From NCBI GenBank assembly GCA_964501035.1, contig CAZCRK010000004.1:1-64000 (forward strand): a stretch of 64,000 nt of DNA, in the 5' to 3' direction. Below the pieces are notes generated by a model. The model searched no databases. It had not been told where the DNA came from and was given only the letters and a program-made list of their open reading frames with translations. A program made the translations under genes and the position numbers. How positions within the stretch are numbered: position 1 is the first letter of the stretch; each line of letters starts with the position of its first letter. This document shows, one piece after another, positions 1 through 9,631 of the stretch.

Positions 1-941
1 AAAATAACAGTTATAGCATCTTGTCCATTTTCAAATTCAGTTCCAATACCATACTCATAATATTCATATAAAAATTGCATAAATAAAGCTGATTTTGCAT
101 AAAATGGTGCAGAGTTTTCACCAGGATCAGCCCAAGCATCTAAACTAATTGTTGTATTTGATAAAAATGGAGAATAGTCTCGTATACCTAAACCTAGGAT
201 TGATGGCATTAAATCGGAAAGTCCTTCATTTAACCACGGGTTATGGCAATTGGTAAAATATCCTTCGCAATTATCAGATGCAAAATGCAATAAATGTTGA
301 TATTCATGCGCTAATGTAAACAATGCTCTTTCAGGATTTGCTGAAGTTAAATTGCCTGGGTATGAATCAATGTAAATGATATCTTTGCAATTACCAACAC
401 ATTCACTGTTAATTTCTTGATCTAATGCGTCAAAATATCCAGCAACATATGATCCACTTCCATTATACCCATCTTGAACATCCAATAGTAATATATTTAC
501 TTTTCCAGTACCATCTACATTCGGAGGATTTCCACTTAGCATTAATTCTTCTGCGTTTTTAATTCCATTTTGATATTCTAATGGAGCGTTAGGTGTATTT
601 TCGGTAAAAGTTGTAAATAATGTTGAAATAGCTGCATCTGATATGTTGCCATTTTCATATTCTGATTTTTCAATATAAATATTAGTAAAATTATCAAATT
701 CTGCTAATATAAACTCTTTGCATTCATAATTAGATTCGACATCACTTGCATCAAAACTATAAATATCCTTCCGGATTAAAAAATGATTATCTTCGCTACA
801 GGTATCTCTATACCGAAAATGATGAGATAGTATTGATTCAGTTAATGATTTAGAAACAACATTAGTACCACATTCATCATGGATTTGTGCAAACAGAAAA
901 GAAAATGATGTAACGACGAGTAAAGTAAAGGGCTTAAACAT
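1..941 (-). CDS. Secreted zinc metallopeptidase (M30/M6-like), truncated by the window edge; not in the ORF track
   Basis: Manual translation: MFKPFTLLVVTSFSFLFAQ (signal peptide) ... TLAHEYQHLLHF ... PWLNEGLSD, i.e. HExxH plus a downstream NEGLS motif, in frame with the ATG at 941. The start overlaps the gpsA stop. Confidence 0.8.
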   Translation of the reverse strand, partial: MFKPFTLLVVTSFSFLFAQIHDECGTNVVSKSLTESILSHHFRYRDTCSEDNHFLIRKDIYSFDASDVESNYECKEFILAEFDNFTNIYIEKSEYENGNISDAAISTLFTTFTENTPNAPLEYQNGIKNAEELMLSGNPPNVDGTGKVNILLLDVQDGYNGSGSYVAGYFDALDQEINSECVGNCKDIIYIDSYPGNLTSANPERALFTLAHEYQHLLHFASDNCEGYFTNCHNPWLNEGLSDLMPSILGLGIRDYSPFLSNTTISLDAWADPGENSAPFYAKSALFMQFLYEYYEYGIGTEFENGQDAITVI

Positions 942-1923
942 GCTCATCAACCAATTTCCTATTCATTAAATCACGAATAGCAATTTGGGGATTTTTGTTT
1001 TCAAACAGAACTTTATGTATTTCTGTTGAAATAGGCATATCTAAATAGTATTTGTTTTTGAGAGCTAAGACTGATTTTGTAGTTAAAACTCCTTCAGCAA
1101 CCATACTCATTGAATTTAATACTTCTTCCAAAGTCATTCCTTGGCCTAGACACTCACCTACATGTCTATTTCTGCTGAATTTACTAAATGATGTAACCAG
1201 TAAATCACCCAACCCACTTAACCCGGAAAATGTGTTTGCTCTACCTCCCATCGCAGTACCAAGTCGTTTAATTTCTTCAAGGCCACGCGTAATTAGGGCA
1301 GCTTGGGTATTATCTCCTAGACCTAACCCAATGCAAATACCTGAAGCAATAGCAATGACGTTTTTGATTGCCCCACCAATTTCAACTCCAATAACATCAT
1401 CACTTGAATATACTCTGAAATAGTCATTTGCAAAAATCTTTTGAACATACCTAGCCTGTTCAATTTGCGTGCAAGCGCAAACAACTGTAGTAACTTTTTT
1501 TTCTACAACCTCTTCAGCATGGCTTGGACCTGATAGTACGATTACATTATTTGGGCTAATATTGGTTGTTTGTTGAATTACTTCATTCATCAATAAGTTT
1601 GTAGAATTTTCAATGCCTTTTGAAACAGATATTATTGGCAAACTAAATTGTTTTAAATTTAATTTTTCTAATACTTCTCTGACAGATTGACTAGGCACAG
1701 CTATTACAATTGAATCGTATGTTTCTAAATCACAAAATTCTGAAGTGAAGGAAATATTTGTAGTCTGTATTCTAGTCTTTAAATTAGGGTGAATTCTTGT
1801 TTGGGATAACTCTTTTACAAAATTTATATTTCTATGCCAAACGTGAACAGTGTGATTATTTGAAGCTAAGACAGTTGCGAGTGCAATACCCCACGTACCA
1901 GCTCCAATGACTAAAACTTGCAT
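934..1923 (-). CDS. gpsA: NAD(P)H-dependent glycerol-3-phosphate dehydrogenase
   Basis: GAGTWG Rossmann motif; SKGIE; GPSHAEEV; KNVIAIA; GLGDL...SRNR. Confidence 0.97.
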   Translation of the reverse strand: MQVLVIGAGTWGIALATVLASNNHTVHVWHRNINFVKELSQTRIHPNLKTRIQTTNISFTSEFCDLETYDSIVIAVPSQSVREVLEKLNLKQFSLPIISVSKGIENSTNLLMNEVIQQTTNISPNNVIVLSGPSHAEEVVEKKVTTVVCACTQIEQARYVQKIFANDYFRVYSSDDVIGVEIGGAIKNVIAIASGICIGLGLGDNTQAALITRGLEEIKRLGTAMGGRANTFSGLSGLGDLLVTSFSKFSRNRHVGECLGQGMTLEEVLNSMSMVAEGVLTTKSVLALKNKYYLDMPISTEIHKVLFENKNPQIAIRDLMNRKLVDEHV

Positions 1924-1925
1924 TC

Positions 1926-2918
1926 CTAAACAACAGTACCTAAATGATAATATGGTTCATTATTAGATTGTAAGTGTTTCTCTAAGTCGCTTACATTTTC
2001 TTTTCTGACAATAATAATCAAACCTATTCCTAAATTCATACTATGTCTCATATCATCAGTAGGAACATTTCCTAAATCTTGTATTAATGAGAATATTGTA
2101 GGCCATTCCCAAGCATCCCAATCAATCGATATATTCTGATTTTCTCCAATAACCCGCATAGTATTATCAACAATTCCACCACCGGTTATATGAGATAAGC
2201 TAATGAGCCAATCTTTCTCTAAAATTGGTTCGATGATTGGCAAGTAGGAACGATGTATAGCCAGTAACGATTCCTGTAAGGTGCATCCAAGTTGATCAAC
2301 ATAATCATCAACATCAAAATGACCAAGTAATACCTTGCGAGCTAAAGAATAGCCATTGGTATGTAGTCCAGTAGACTTTAATCCAATTAAAACATCGCCA
2401 GATTTAGTTTTCCGATTTGGAAGCATATTATTTTTATCAACAACTCCAATAATCGTACCGCTCATGTCATACTCACCAGTTTGATAAAAACCTGGCATTT
2501 CAGCTGTTTCTCCACCAATGAGTGAACATGAATTTTCTATACATGCTTTGGAAAGCCCACTTACAACAGATTCCAATACATCTACTTCTAATTTGGCAGT
2601 TGCAAAATAATCTAAAAAGAACAAGGGTTTTGCTCCAACTGCTAAAATATCATTGGTGCAATGATTCACTAAACATTGCCCAATTGTGTCGTGTTTGTTT
2701 GCTAAAAATGCTATTTTCAACTTAGTACCTATTCCATCAGCACTTGAAACTAATACTGGAGTATCATAATCATTTTTTGGAAATTCGAAACAACCACCGA
2801 ATCCTCCGATTTCTGTTAAAGTATTAGCCGTAAAAGTAGATTTTACTAATTTGCTTATCTTGGAAACTGCCTTAGTTCCAGTTTCGATATCAACACCTGA
2901 TTCTTTATATGTTGTCAC
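1926..2918 (-). CDS. purM: Phosphoribosylformylglycinamidine cyclo-ligase (AIR synthase)
   Basis: YKESGVDI; DGIGTK; GGETAEMP; HTNGYSL; HITGGG. Confidence 0.97.
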   Translation of the reverse strand: MTTYKESGVDIETGTKAVSKISKLVKSTFTANTLTEIGGFGGCFEFPKNDYDTPVLVSSADGIGTKLKIAFLANKHDTIGQCLVNHCTNDILAVGAKPLFFLDYFATAKLEVDVLESVVSGLSKACIENSCSLIGGETAEMPGFYQTGEYDMSGTIIGVVDKNNMLPNRKTKSGDVLIGLKSTGLHTNGYSLARKVLLGHFDVDDYVDQLGCTLQESLLAIHRSYLPIIEPILEKDWLISLSHITGGGIVDNTMRVIGENQNISIDWDAWEWPTIFSLIQDLGNVPTDDMRHSMNLGIGLIIIVRKENVSDLEKHLQSNNEPYYHLGTVV

Positions 2919-4728
2919 TATCTTTATTATCTCCTTGATAAATACTATCTATATCTTCTTTAAAATTTTCTTCTACTACTTTCCTAACAACTTTCAATGT
3001 TGGGGTTAGTTCACCTTTTTCGAGTGTTAATAATCTTGAAATTAAAATGAATTTTTTAATTTTTTCATACTGGGAAAATTTCGACATAGCTTCTTCAATT
3101 ATAGTGGTGAATAATTCTTTAACATCTACATGTTCTACAATTGCTTCGTGACTAGTTACATCTTTACCAATTTCCTTTAAGTAAGCAATTACATTTTCAA
3201 AATTTGGAGCTATAATTGCACATATAAAATTTCGCTTGTCACCGATAGCAACAATTTGTTCAACATACGGAGATGCAACTACAGCATTTTCCAACGGTGC
3301 AGGAGCAATATTTTTTCCACCAGAGGTTACAATAATACTTTTTTTCCTATCGGTTATCTTAAGATATCCATCTTGATCAATTTCACCAATATCGCCTGTA
3401 TAAAACCACCCATCCTTATCAATTACTTCATTAGTAGCTTCCTTATTATTGAAATAGCCCAGCATAATGCTTGGACCTTTAGCTAAAATCTCACCATCAT
3501 TTGCTATCTTAACATCGATGTTATATAAAGGTTTCCCTACACTACCAAATCGTTTATCAACTTCTGTATTACACGTTAACACTGGACTTGTTTCTGTAAG
3601 GCCGTAACCTTCAAGAATGGTTATTCCGACAGATGCAAAAAATTCAGCAATTTCTTGTGATAACGGAGCACCTCCTGATACAAAAAACCTCAATCTTCCA
3701 CCTACCTTGGCACTTATTTTGCTATAAATTATTTTATCTGCTAAATTATATTGCATTTTTAACCCGAATGGAATTGTTTCTCCAGCTAGATTAAGAGTAG
3801 AAACATCACGACCAACTTTTGTAGCCCAAGCGAAAAGCTTTTGTTTTATGTTTGGTGCAGTTTTTAAACCCTCGACAATTTTAGCATGTATTTTTTCATA
3901 CAAACGTGGTACACTTAAAACAATGGTTGGTTTTACCTCTACTAAATTTTCAGGTACTGTTTCTATATTTTCAGCATAATATACAGATGCTCCCACAGAA
4001 AATGCAGAGAAATGTCCGCCCATTCTTTCAAAAACATGACTTAAGGGAAGGAATGATAAAAATGTTTCATCTTCAGTAAATTTGACAGAATTTATTGTAG
4101 CATCAACATTGGACATTAAATTTTTATGACTCAACATAACTCCTTTTGGGTTTCCTGTAGTACCTGATGTATAAATCAGAGTTAATAAATCATCAGGTTT
4201 TGAGGATGAAACAAGGTCCGTTTCAAAAGAAAGTTCGGACTCATTTGCAAAGCTAGTTCCTAGATTTAAAAAATTAGTAAAATTCATGACTGACTTCTCT
4301 TTACCGTTATACGAGTTGTCTAGCACAATAATTTGTCTTAACTCAGGGCACTGGTCTTTAATTTCAAGAATTTTTTCTAATTGTTCATTGTTTTCTACAA
4401 AAATTACTTTAGTTCCAGAATCAAACAGAATATACAAGATTTGTGATGCAATTAATGTTGGATAAATACTTACGGTTGCTGCGCCACTAATAATGGAACC
4501 ATAATCACACATTGCCCATTTTGGTGAGTTATTTGCAAGAATTGAAACTCTATCACCTTTTGTAACACCAAAGGATAATAGTCCAAATGAAATATCTTTA
4601 ACTGTATATTTAATTTCTTGCCCAGTTAAACCAATCCACTTTGATTCACGCTTATAATAGTACAATGGTTTTTTGTCAAATCTTGTTGTTATGTCATTAA
4701 ACATTTGTGATATTGTAGTGAATGCCAT
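2905..4728 (-). CDS. Long-chain fatty acid-CoA ligase (AMP-binding)
   Basis: YTSGTTGNPKG; EGYGLTE; TGDIG; DRKK..GGKNIAP. Confidence 0.93.
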   Translation of the reverse strand: MAFTTISQMFNDITTRFDKKPLYYYKRESKWIGLTGQEIKYTVKDISFGLLSFGVTKGDRVSILANNSPKWAMCDYGSIISGAATVSIYPTLIASQILYILFDSGTKVIFVENNEQLEKILEIKDQCPELRQIIVLDNSYNGKEKSVMNFTNFLNLGTSFANESELSFETDLVSSSKPDDLLTLIYTSGTTGNPKGVMLSHKNLMSNVDATINSVKFTEDETFLSFLPLSHVFERMGGHFSAFSVGASVYYAENIETVPENLVEVKPTIVLSVPRLYEKIHAKIVEGLKTAPNIKQKLFAWATKVGRDVSTLNLAGETIPFGLKMQYNLADKIIYSKISAKVGGRLRFFVSGGAPLSQEIAEFFASVGITILEGYGLTETSPVLTCNTEVDKRFGSVGKPLYNIDVKIANDGEILAKGPSIMLGYFNNKEATNEVIDKDGWFYTGDIGEIDQDGYLKITDRKKSIIVTSGGKNIAPAPLENAVVASPYVEQIVAIGDKRNFICAIIAPNFENVIAYLKEIGKDVTSHEAIVEHVDVKELFTTIIEEAMSKFSQYEKIKKFILISRLLTLEKGELTPTLKVVRKVVEENFKEDIDSIYQGDNKDSDNI

Positions 4729-4880
4729 AAAAAAAGTCCCTTCAGAATTATTAATAATTATGCTTCATTTATATATTAAATCTAAAATGAGTTATGCGAG
4801 GAATAAAAATATTATTATTCACAAAGAAAGATAATTGACCATGTTGCAACTTATGGTTAAATTTTGTGCTCAATTTCTTT

Positions 4881-4964
4881 GCCGAGGTGGTGAAATTGGT
4901 AGACGCGCTGGATTCAAAATCCAGTATCCTTCGGGATGTGTGGGTTCGAGCCCCACCCTCGGTA
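4881..4964 (+). tRNA. tRNA-Leu (anticodon CAA), long variable arm, CCA not encoded
   Basis: Acceptor stem GCCGAGG/CCTCGGT; D-arm GGTGAAATTGGTAGAC; anticodon stem CTGGA/TCCAG with loop TTCAAAA; variable hairpin ATCC-TTCG-GGAT; T-loop GTTCGAG. Confidence 0.97.
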
Positions 4965-5100
4965 CAATAATAAAATTATGTGACCTATGCCTCATTTCCC
5001 CATTTTATATATTTTTGTGACTTAAGTTAAGAATTTCTAGTATGCAAGAATCTTATAATAGTTCATCGTATTACTAAATAACAAAGCAAATGAGGGATAA

Positions 5101-5301
5101 ATGGAAAGTAAAGAAGAAAAAAAACAACAAATATTGTTTATTATTTGGGTCAATTTATTCATAGGTCTATATAACATTTATGTATTTTCTGAAATGAGTT
5201 CAATATTTCATCTTGTCATAGGTGTTTTAAATGTAGGAGTATGGGTGTTCTTTAGAAAAGAATCTGTTAGAATGGCTTTTTTGGAATTTAGAAACAGATG
5301 A
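5101..5301 (+). CDS. Small two-TM hypothetical membrane protein
   Basis: 66-aa ORF with GAGGG RBS and two hydrophobic segments. Confidence 0.7.
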   Translation: MESKEEKKQQILFIIWVNLFIGLYNIYVFSEMSSIFHLVIGVLNVGVWVFFRKESVRMAFLEFRNR

Positions 5302-5310
5302 TTATATTTT

Positions 5311-6087
5311 TTATTCAGTAGAAATTCCATTCTCATCATAAGATTCAACGATTTCCAATAGAACACCGTAATCATATTTTTTCACAAATTTTTGTTGACC
5401 ATTAGGGTACCATTCTTTCGAGTAACCATGAAGCTGGTCATTTAAGTAATACCACTCTGCTTTTAACTTTCCACTATTATACCATTTTTGTTGCAACCCA
5501 TTTAATTTTCCATTTTTATAATTATATAATTGCATTAACTGACCATTCTTGTACCATTTCTTTTGAATTCCATGACGTCTTTCATTTTTAAATTGATATT
5601 CAGTGAATAACTGGCCTTCTTCATACCATTCTCGTAAAACACCATTTTCGGATTCAATTACAGGAATTGACTTCTCAAGGAGTTCTTGAAAAATATCAAC
5701 AAATTTACCTTTAATCCAGAAAACAAATTCACCTGATAATTTTGCTGAACGCTTTGAATCTATTTCAATAAATGGATTTTGTTCATTCACCATAACTGAA
5801 TTATTTATATATTGAATGCTATCACAAATATTAACAGTAATTTTTCCAGCCATCTCAGATAAAATATTAAATTCAAGTTCACATTTTGCTCGTTTTTTGC
5901 TCTTGAAATTAATATCTGAAATATGTTTTAATTCTACAGAATATAAACCATCATCTTGATTAATCAGTTCCATAATGTTGATTGTTTTGGTTTTAGGTAA
6001 TATATCAACTTTATACTCTCTAGTAGTTATGATAGTTTGCGAAAACATTACCGCAAAAGTAGCAATTATTAAAATCAAACATTTCAT
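5311..6087 (-). CDS. Secreted MORN-variant repeat protein (YwqK-like C-terminus)
   Basis: Signal peptide; about four repeats of G....WY.NGQ....Y.NG.L.G. Confidence 0.85.
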   Translation of the reverse strand: MKCLILIIATFAVMFSQTIITTREYKVDILPKTKTINIMELINQDDGLYSVELKHISDINFKSKKRAKCELEFNILSEMAGKITVNICDSIQYINNSVMVNEQNPFIEIDSKRSAKLSGEFVFWIKGKFVDIFQELLEKSIPVIESENGVLREWYEEGQLFTEYQFKNERRHGIQKKWYKNGQLMQLYNYKNGKLNGLQQKWYNSGKLKAEWYYLNDQLHGYSKEWYPNGQQKFVKKYDYGVLLEIVESYDENGISTE

Positions 6088-6089
6088 CT

Positions 6090-6896
6090 TTATCCTTTAT
6101 TTGTATTGCAATTACTTGGTATCCAACTAATAATATAATCTGCAACAGTTTTCCAGTTTTTCTCAAGCATCATATCATGCCCCATATTATCAAACAACTT
6201 TATTGTAGAATTTTGATAAAACTCAGCAGTTTTTTGCACTAAATCTACTGAAATAATTTGATCCATTTCTGATCCCAGCACCAATATTGGGTGTTTGAAT
6301 TTAAGTGGCTTATTTAAACTATTAAATGACATATCATAAAATGCTTTAAAAGACTCATTATATAACATATTAGTAAATTTATTTTTAACATTTGGCTCAA
6401 CATTCTCAGACAAAAACAGCTGAGAGCTCACTTTGCGATTTGATATAAATGGTTTGAGATTCATCGTTGAAAATGATTTAAGAAATTTTAAAGGATGCAA
6501 TTTAAACAACTTAAACAATACAGACTTGATGCCATTAGGAGGTACAGAATTCATTAATATTATTCCAGAAATGTTATTGTTTTGAGCATACTTTTGTGCA
6601 ATAAATCCTCCCATAGAGTGCCCAATCAAAAGAGGTGGCAATGTAAACTTACTAGATACTGATTTTACATCTAACAGAAATTGCTCAATTCCGTTGAAAT
6701 GAATATTCGATCCATTCTTACTTAATCCTCTTCCTGATAAGGTCACAGCAAAAGAATCAAAATTATTTTTTGCAAAATAATCCATAAAATATTCATTCCA
6801 GCAATGCGAATCATGGCAGGCTCCATGAATAAATATCACGGGTGGGTTGCCAGCATTCGTACTGCTCTTTTTCTTTAATATTTCTAATTGAGTCAT
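6090..6896 (-). CDS. Alpha/beta-fold hydrolase (esterase/lipase-like)
   Basis: FIHG oxyanion motif; GHSMGG nucleophile elbow; Asp in SEMDQII; His in GHDMML. Confidence 0.92.
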   Translation of the reverse strand: MTQLEILKKKSSTNAGNPPVIFIHGACHDSHCWNEYFMDYFAKNNFDSFAVTLSGRGLSKNGSNIHFNGIEQFLLDVKSVSSKFTLPPLLIGHSMGGFIAQKYAQNNNISGIILMNSVPPNGIKSVLFKLFKLHPLKFLKSFSTMNLKPFISNRKVSSQLFLSENVEPNVKNKFTNMLYNESFKAFYDMSFNSLNKPLKFKHPILVLGSEMDQIISVDLVQKTAEFYQNSTIKLFDNMGHDMMLEKNWKTVADYIISWIPSNCNTNKG

Positions 6897-6897
6897 T

Positions 6898-8190
6898 TTA
6901 GTTTTGGATTAAATAAAAAGTTTGGTCTTTAATATTTTTACTTTTTGCTTTTATTCTTTCTATGTTTGTTTGAGAAATCCAATGACAAGTTTTAGAAAAT
7001 TTATACAAAGATGTATCCATCAATATTAATGGATTTTGTAAATCTGGCATTTCCCTGTCTGTGCGAATAAACTTTGCTTCTGTTTCTAATCGTTTTGCAG
7101 TTCCAGCTGACTCGCCAGTAATTGTGGTTTTTTTTAATTTTTTAGGACCTTGCAACCCTAGCAATCCTTTCCCACTTGCAATACCGATATCGTAAATTAA
7201 TTTGCTCTCTAACTCTGAATTTACCTTTTCAAAAACTTTTGTAGATAATGAGTTCGCGAATCGTAATGAATTGCTTAACACTTCTTGTTCATTTTCATCG
7301 TCACTAAAAAATATGATAAATAATTCATCTGCTGTCCAATCAGCAAAATAATTTCCTCTGGGAATTATTTTGTCAAGTTCGTCAAAAACAATATCATAGA
7401 AATTTTCAAACAATTTTTCAATATATTCTGGTTTATGTTCTTTTGCTAACTGTTGATAATTTCTCCAGTCTGAACATAAACAGACAGTGTAACGTTCCTG
7501 AGGCACAAAAACATTATCTAAATCTAAATCTGTATCAGAAATGGCAATATGTCTAGCTATGTTTTTTGGAACTAATGATGATGTATGGTAAAATCTTTCA
7601 AACATTGCTAAGATAAATCTTTTTCGTAAAAAAAATGCTAAAGAAAACATAAGAAAATGAAACAAAATTAGATATAGGCAATCATATAAGATATCTTGGC
7701 GTAAGAATGGGATTATTAAAAGTGGGAGTACAGCAAAAAGATGTATAACATATTGCTCTCTCCAAAACTTATAGGCAAACATGGTTGTTATTATTATAGT
7801 AAGAAAATTAGCTAGCAAAACTATTGAATAATGACTGGTTGATGTGCTCAATAAAAAATAAGAATAAACCCAATTATAGAGAAGGCCCGGAAAAAACAAA
7901 TGAAATTGAAGTTTTGCCGAAGTAGAAGAATTGCTAAATGTTTTATTTTTTTCAAAGAAAAACAGATTGAGAAAAAGTAAAAGAATTGAGATTATTCGAA
8001 ATCGAGTAAATATATTACCATCACGAAACAATAAGAAGTCAAAAGGAATAAGACCTGCCATTATTACAATTGCTAGTATATTATAATATTTTACATAAAC
8101 TGCCTTGTTTAAAATGACCCAATTTGAATAAATATTACCAACATCTTTTAGGGTAAAAGGTGATTTATATTCAGCAACTAATTTGCTCAA
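6898..8190 (-). CDS. Multi-pass membrane class III nucleotidyl (adenylate/guanylate) cyclase-like protein
   Basis: About six N-terminal TM helices; C-terminal motifs VCLCSDWRNY, DWTADELFIIF, IGIASG..LLG.QG and TITGESAGTAKRLE align with class III cyclases. TTG start; an in-frame stop lies 18 codons upstream. Confidence 0.82.
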   Translation of the reverse strand: MSKLVAEYKSPFTLKDVGNIYSNWVILNKAVYVKYYNILAIVIMAGLIPFDFLLFRDGNIFTRFRIISILLLFLNLFFFEKNKTFSNSSTSAKLQFHLFFPGLLYNWVYSYFLLSTSTSHYSIVLLANFLTIIITTMFAYKFWREQYVIHLFAVLPLLIIPFLRQDILYDCLYLILFHFLMFSLAFFLRKRFILAMFERFYHTSSLVPKNIARHIAISDTDLDLDNVFVPQERYTVCLCSDWRNYQQLAKEHKPEYIEKLFENFYDIVFDELDKIIPRGNYFADWTADELFIIFFSDDENEQEVLSNSLRFANSLSTKVFEKVNSELESKLIYDIGIASGKGLLGLQGPKKLKKTTITGESAGTAKRLETEAKFIRTDREMPDLQNPLILMDTSLYKFSKTCHWISQTNIERIKAKSKNIKDQTFYLIQN

Positions 8191-8310
8191 TGCGCTGAAA
8201 ACAATGTTATTTTTAATTAAAGATGTTATTTTTTTCTTCCTTTATGATAAAAACATAAAGCAAGAAATTACGGATATATTGAGTATAACTCAAACCTTAT
8301 TAGAAGATAT

Positions 8311-8868
8311 TTATATAATAAATACTGCGGCGTCGGCTTTTATTGTAACAATTCCTTCAATTGTCGAGAAACAGTTCCCAAAGTAAGATTTTTCACCAGT
8401 CTTTCGCAAACTGTTTATTTTTACATGCTGTTTAACATCACGTGTTTTAGTTATCATCTTTGGCATTTCAATTTCTAAATTTGTAGGCCATACTTTTAAT
8501 ACTTCATCTCCGAAAGGATCATAGGTAAATCCAAACTCATCACATAAATAAACATATATTAACTTCTGCAAGTGTACTAAAGCTGTTAGAAATATCAGAT
8601 GATTTGGACTATTTCGCATACTGGTTTCATACTCTCTATCAAATACACCAGTTATTTCACGATGCTTTATCAAATATTCTTTAATATTTAAAGTTTCACA
8701 TACTTGTTTGTTTGGCATGACATTAAACGAAACAATATTTTTACTAGTTTCTTTTATAGTTTTCGAAAATTTACTTATTTTAAGAATACTAGAATCATTT
8801 GCAATATTTGTAGCTTGCTTTTGAATGTTGTTTGAATTTTCTTGATTTAATATAATTGTATCTGCCAT
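8311..8868 (-). CDS. Hypothetical protein, possible single hotdog fold (AfsA/FabZ-like)
   Basis: 185 aa, coupled to the upstream gene (1-bp gap). NHLIFLTALVHLQKLIYVYLCDEFGF forms a central helix followed by beta-rich segments. The CDS is secure; the fold call is tentative. Confidence 0.6.
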   Translation of the reverse strand: MADTIILNQENSNNIQKQATNIANDSSILKISKFSKTIKETSKNIVSFNVMPNKQVCETLNIKEYLIKHREITGVFDREYETSMRNSPNHLIFLTALVHLQKLIYVYLCDEFGFTYDPFGDEVLKVWPTNLEIEMPKMITKTRDVKQHVKINSLRKTGEKSYFGNCFSTIEGIVTIKADAAVFII

Positions 8869-8869
8869 T

Positions 8870-9619
8870 TTAATTCCTGTTTGATTTACCTGTTGAGTTA
8901 TACGAAGGGAAGAACATACCAGTTTGTTTCATATACTGAAGGTACTCAGGAAATATTTTAACCAAGGCATGCTCTTCCCTAATAGCTGATATTTTATAGT
9001 AAGTTGTAAGTAAAACAATATTTATCACAATTAACAGAGAACCAGTTGCAATACAGACACCAATCAATAATAATATATTAGCCGTATAAATTGGATGTCG
9101 AATATGCTTATATAATCCAAGCTGTACAATATCATTAGGTATGTAAGAATTATAACATGGGCTATAATGTGTTCCCAACGTTAATTTAGCAGATACAAAT
9201 AATGCCATGGCTAAAGATACAATAGCCATACCTGTGTACATTATAGCAACACTGTGATGCCATTTAGCTAAAATTGATAAATCTGAAGTAAATGCTAATA
9301 TTGCAATAGATATTGTAGAAAGTTGAATAAATTTATACACAAGCTTGAAAGACCTATTTGACTTTATTGATCCTTGTTTATTAGCTACATCCACTTTATC
9401 ATTTTTGTAAAACCCAGCAGAAATTAATGCAATAGTAATAACAAACATCACTCCTATTAACTGATCTATTGAAATCGAATTTAACCATTCTACAAAAATA
9501 TTTTTATTGAAGGTTAACAGTGGAACAATATTATCAGAAAATACTAACGATAAGTAGAGAGCACACATCATCAATGAAACAATAAAACTATTTTTAATTA
9601 ATTTTGTTAAACTATTCAT
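8870..9619 (-). CDS. ICMT/PEMT-family integral membrane SAM-dependent methyltransferase
   Basis: GLYKHIRHPIY; REE; EYLQYMKQT..FFP. Start placed at 9619 (MNSL), preceded by a GGAGGT RBS. Confidence 0.88.
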   Translation of the reverse strand: MNSLTKLIKNSFIVSLMMCALYLSLVFSDNIVPLLTFNKNIFVEWLNSISIDQLIGVMFVITIALISAGFYKNDKVDVANKQGSIKSNRSFKLVYKFIQLSTISIAILAFTSDLSILAKWHHSVAIMYTGMAIVSLAMALFVSAKLTLGTHYSPCYNSYIPNDIVQLGLYKHIRHPIYTANILLLIGVCIATGSLLIVINIVLLTTYYKISAIREEHALVKIFPEYLQYMKQTGMFFPSYNSTGKSNRN

Positions 9620-9631
9620 AGCTACCTCCAT

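Noticed and set aside
4835..5020. 61-aa plus-strand ORF
   Set aside because: It overlaps tRNA-Leu completely and is a spurious translation of the tRNA.
4988..5094. CCTCATTT/AAATGAGG inverted pair that could mask the RBS of the 66-aa ORF
   Set aside because: Only 8 bp and about 90 nt apart; the same AAATGAGGGA RBS context occurs before dut, so chance is sufficient.
5311..6087. MORN/YwqK protein as the antitoxin of a toxin-antitoxin pair
   Set aside because: It has a signal peptide and no adjacent toxin is recognisable; the YwqK label only reflects the repeat type.
8183..8386. 67-aa plus-strand ORF across the gap in the cassette
   Set aside because: Antisense to both flanking genes, TTG start, no recognisable motif; probably chance.
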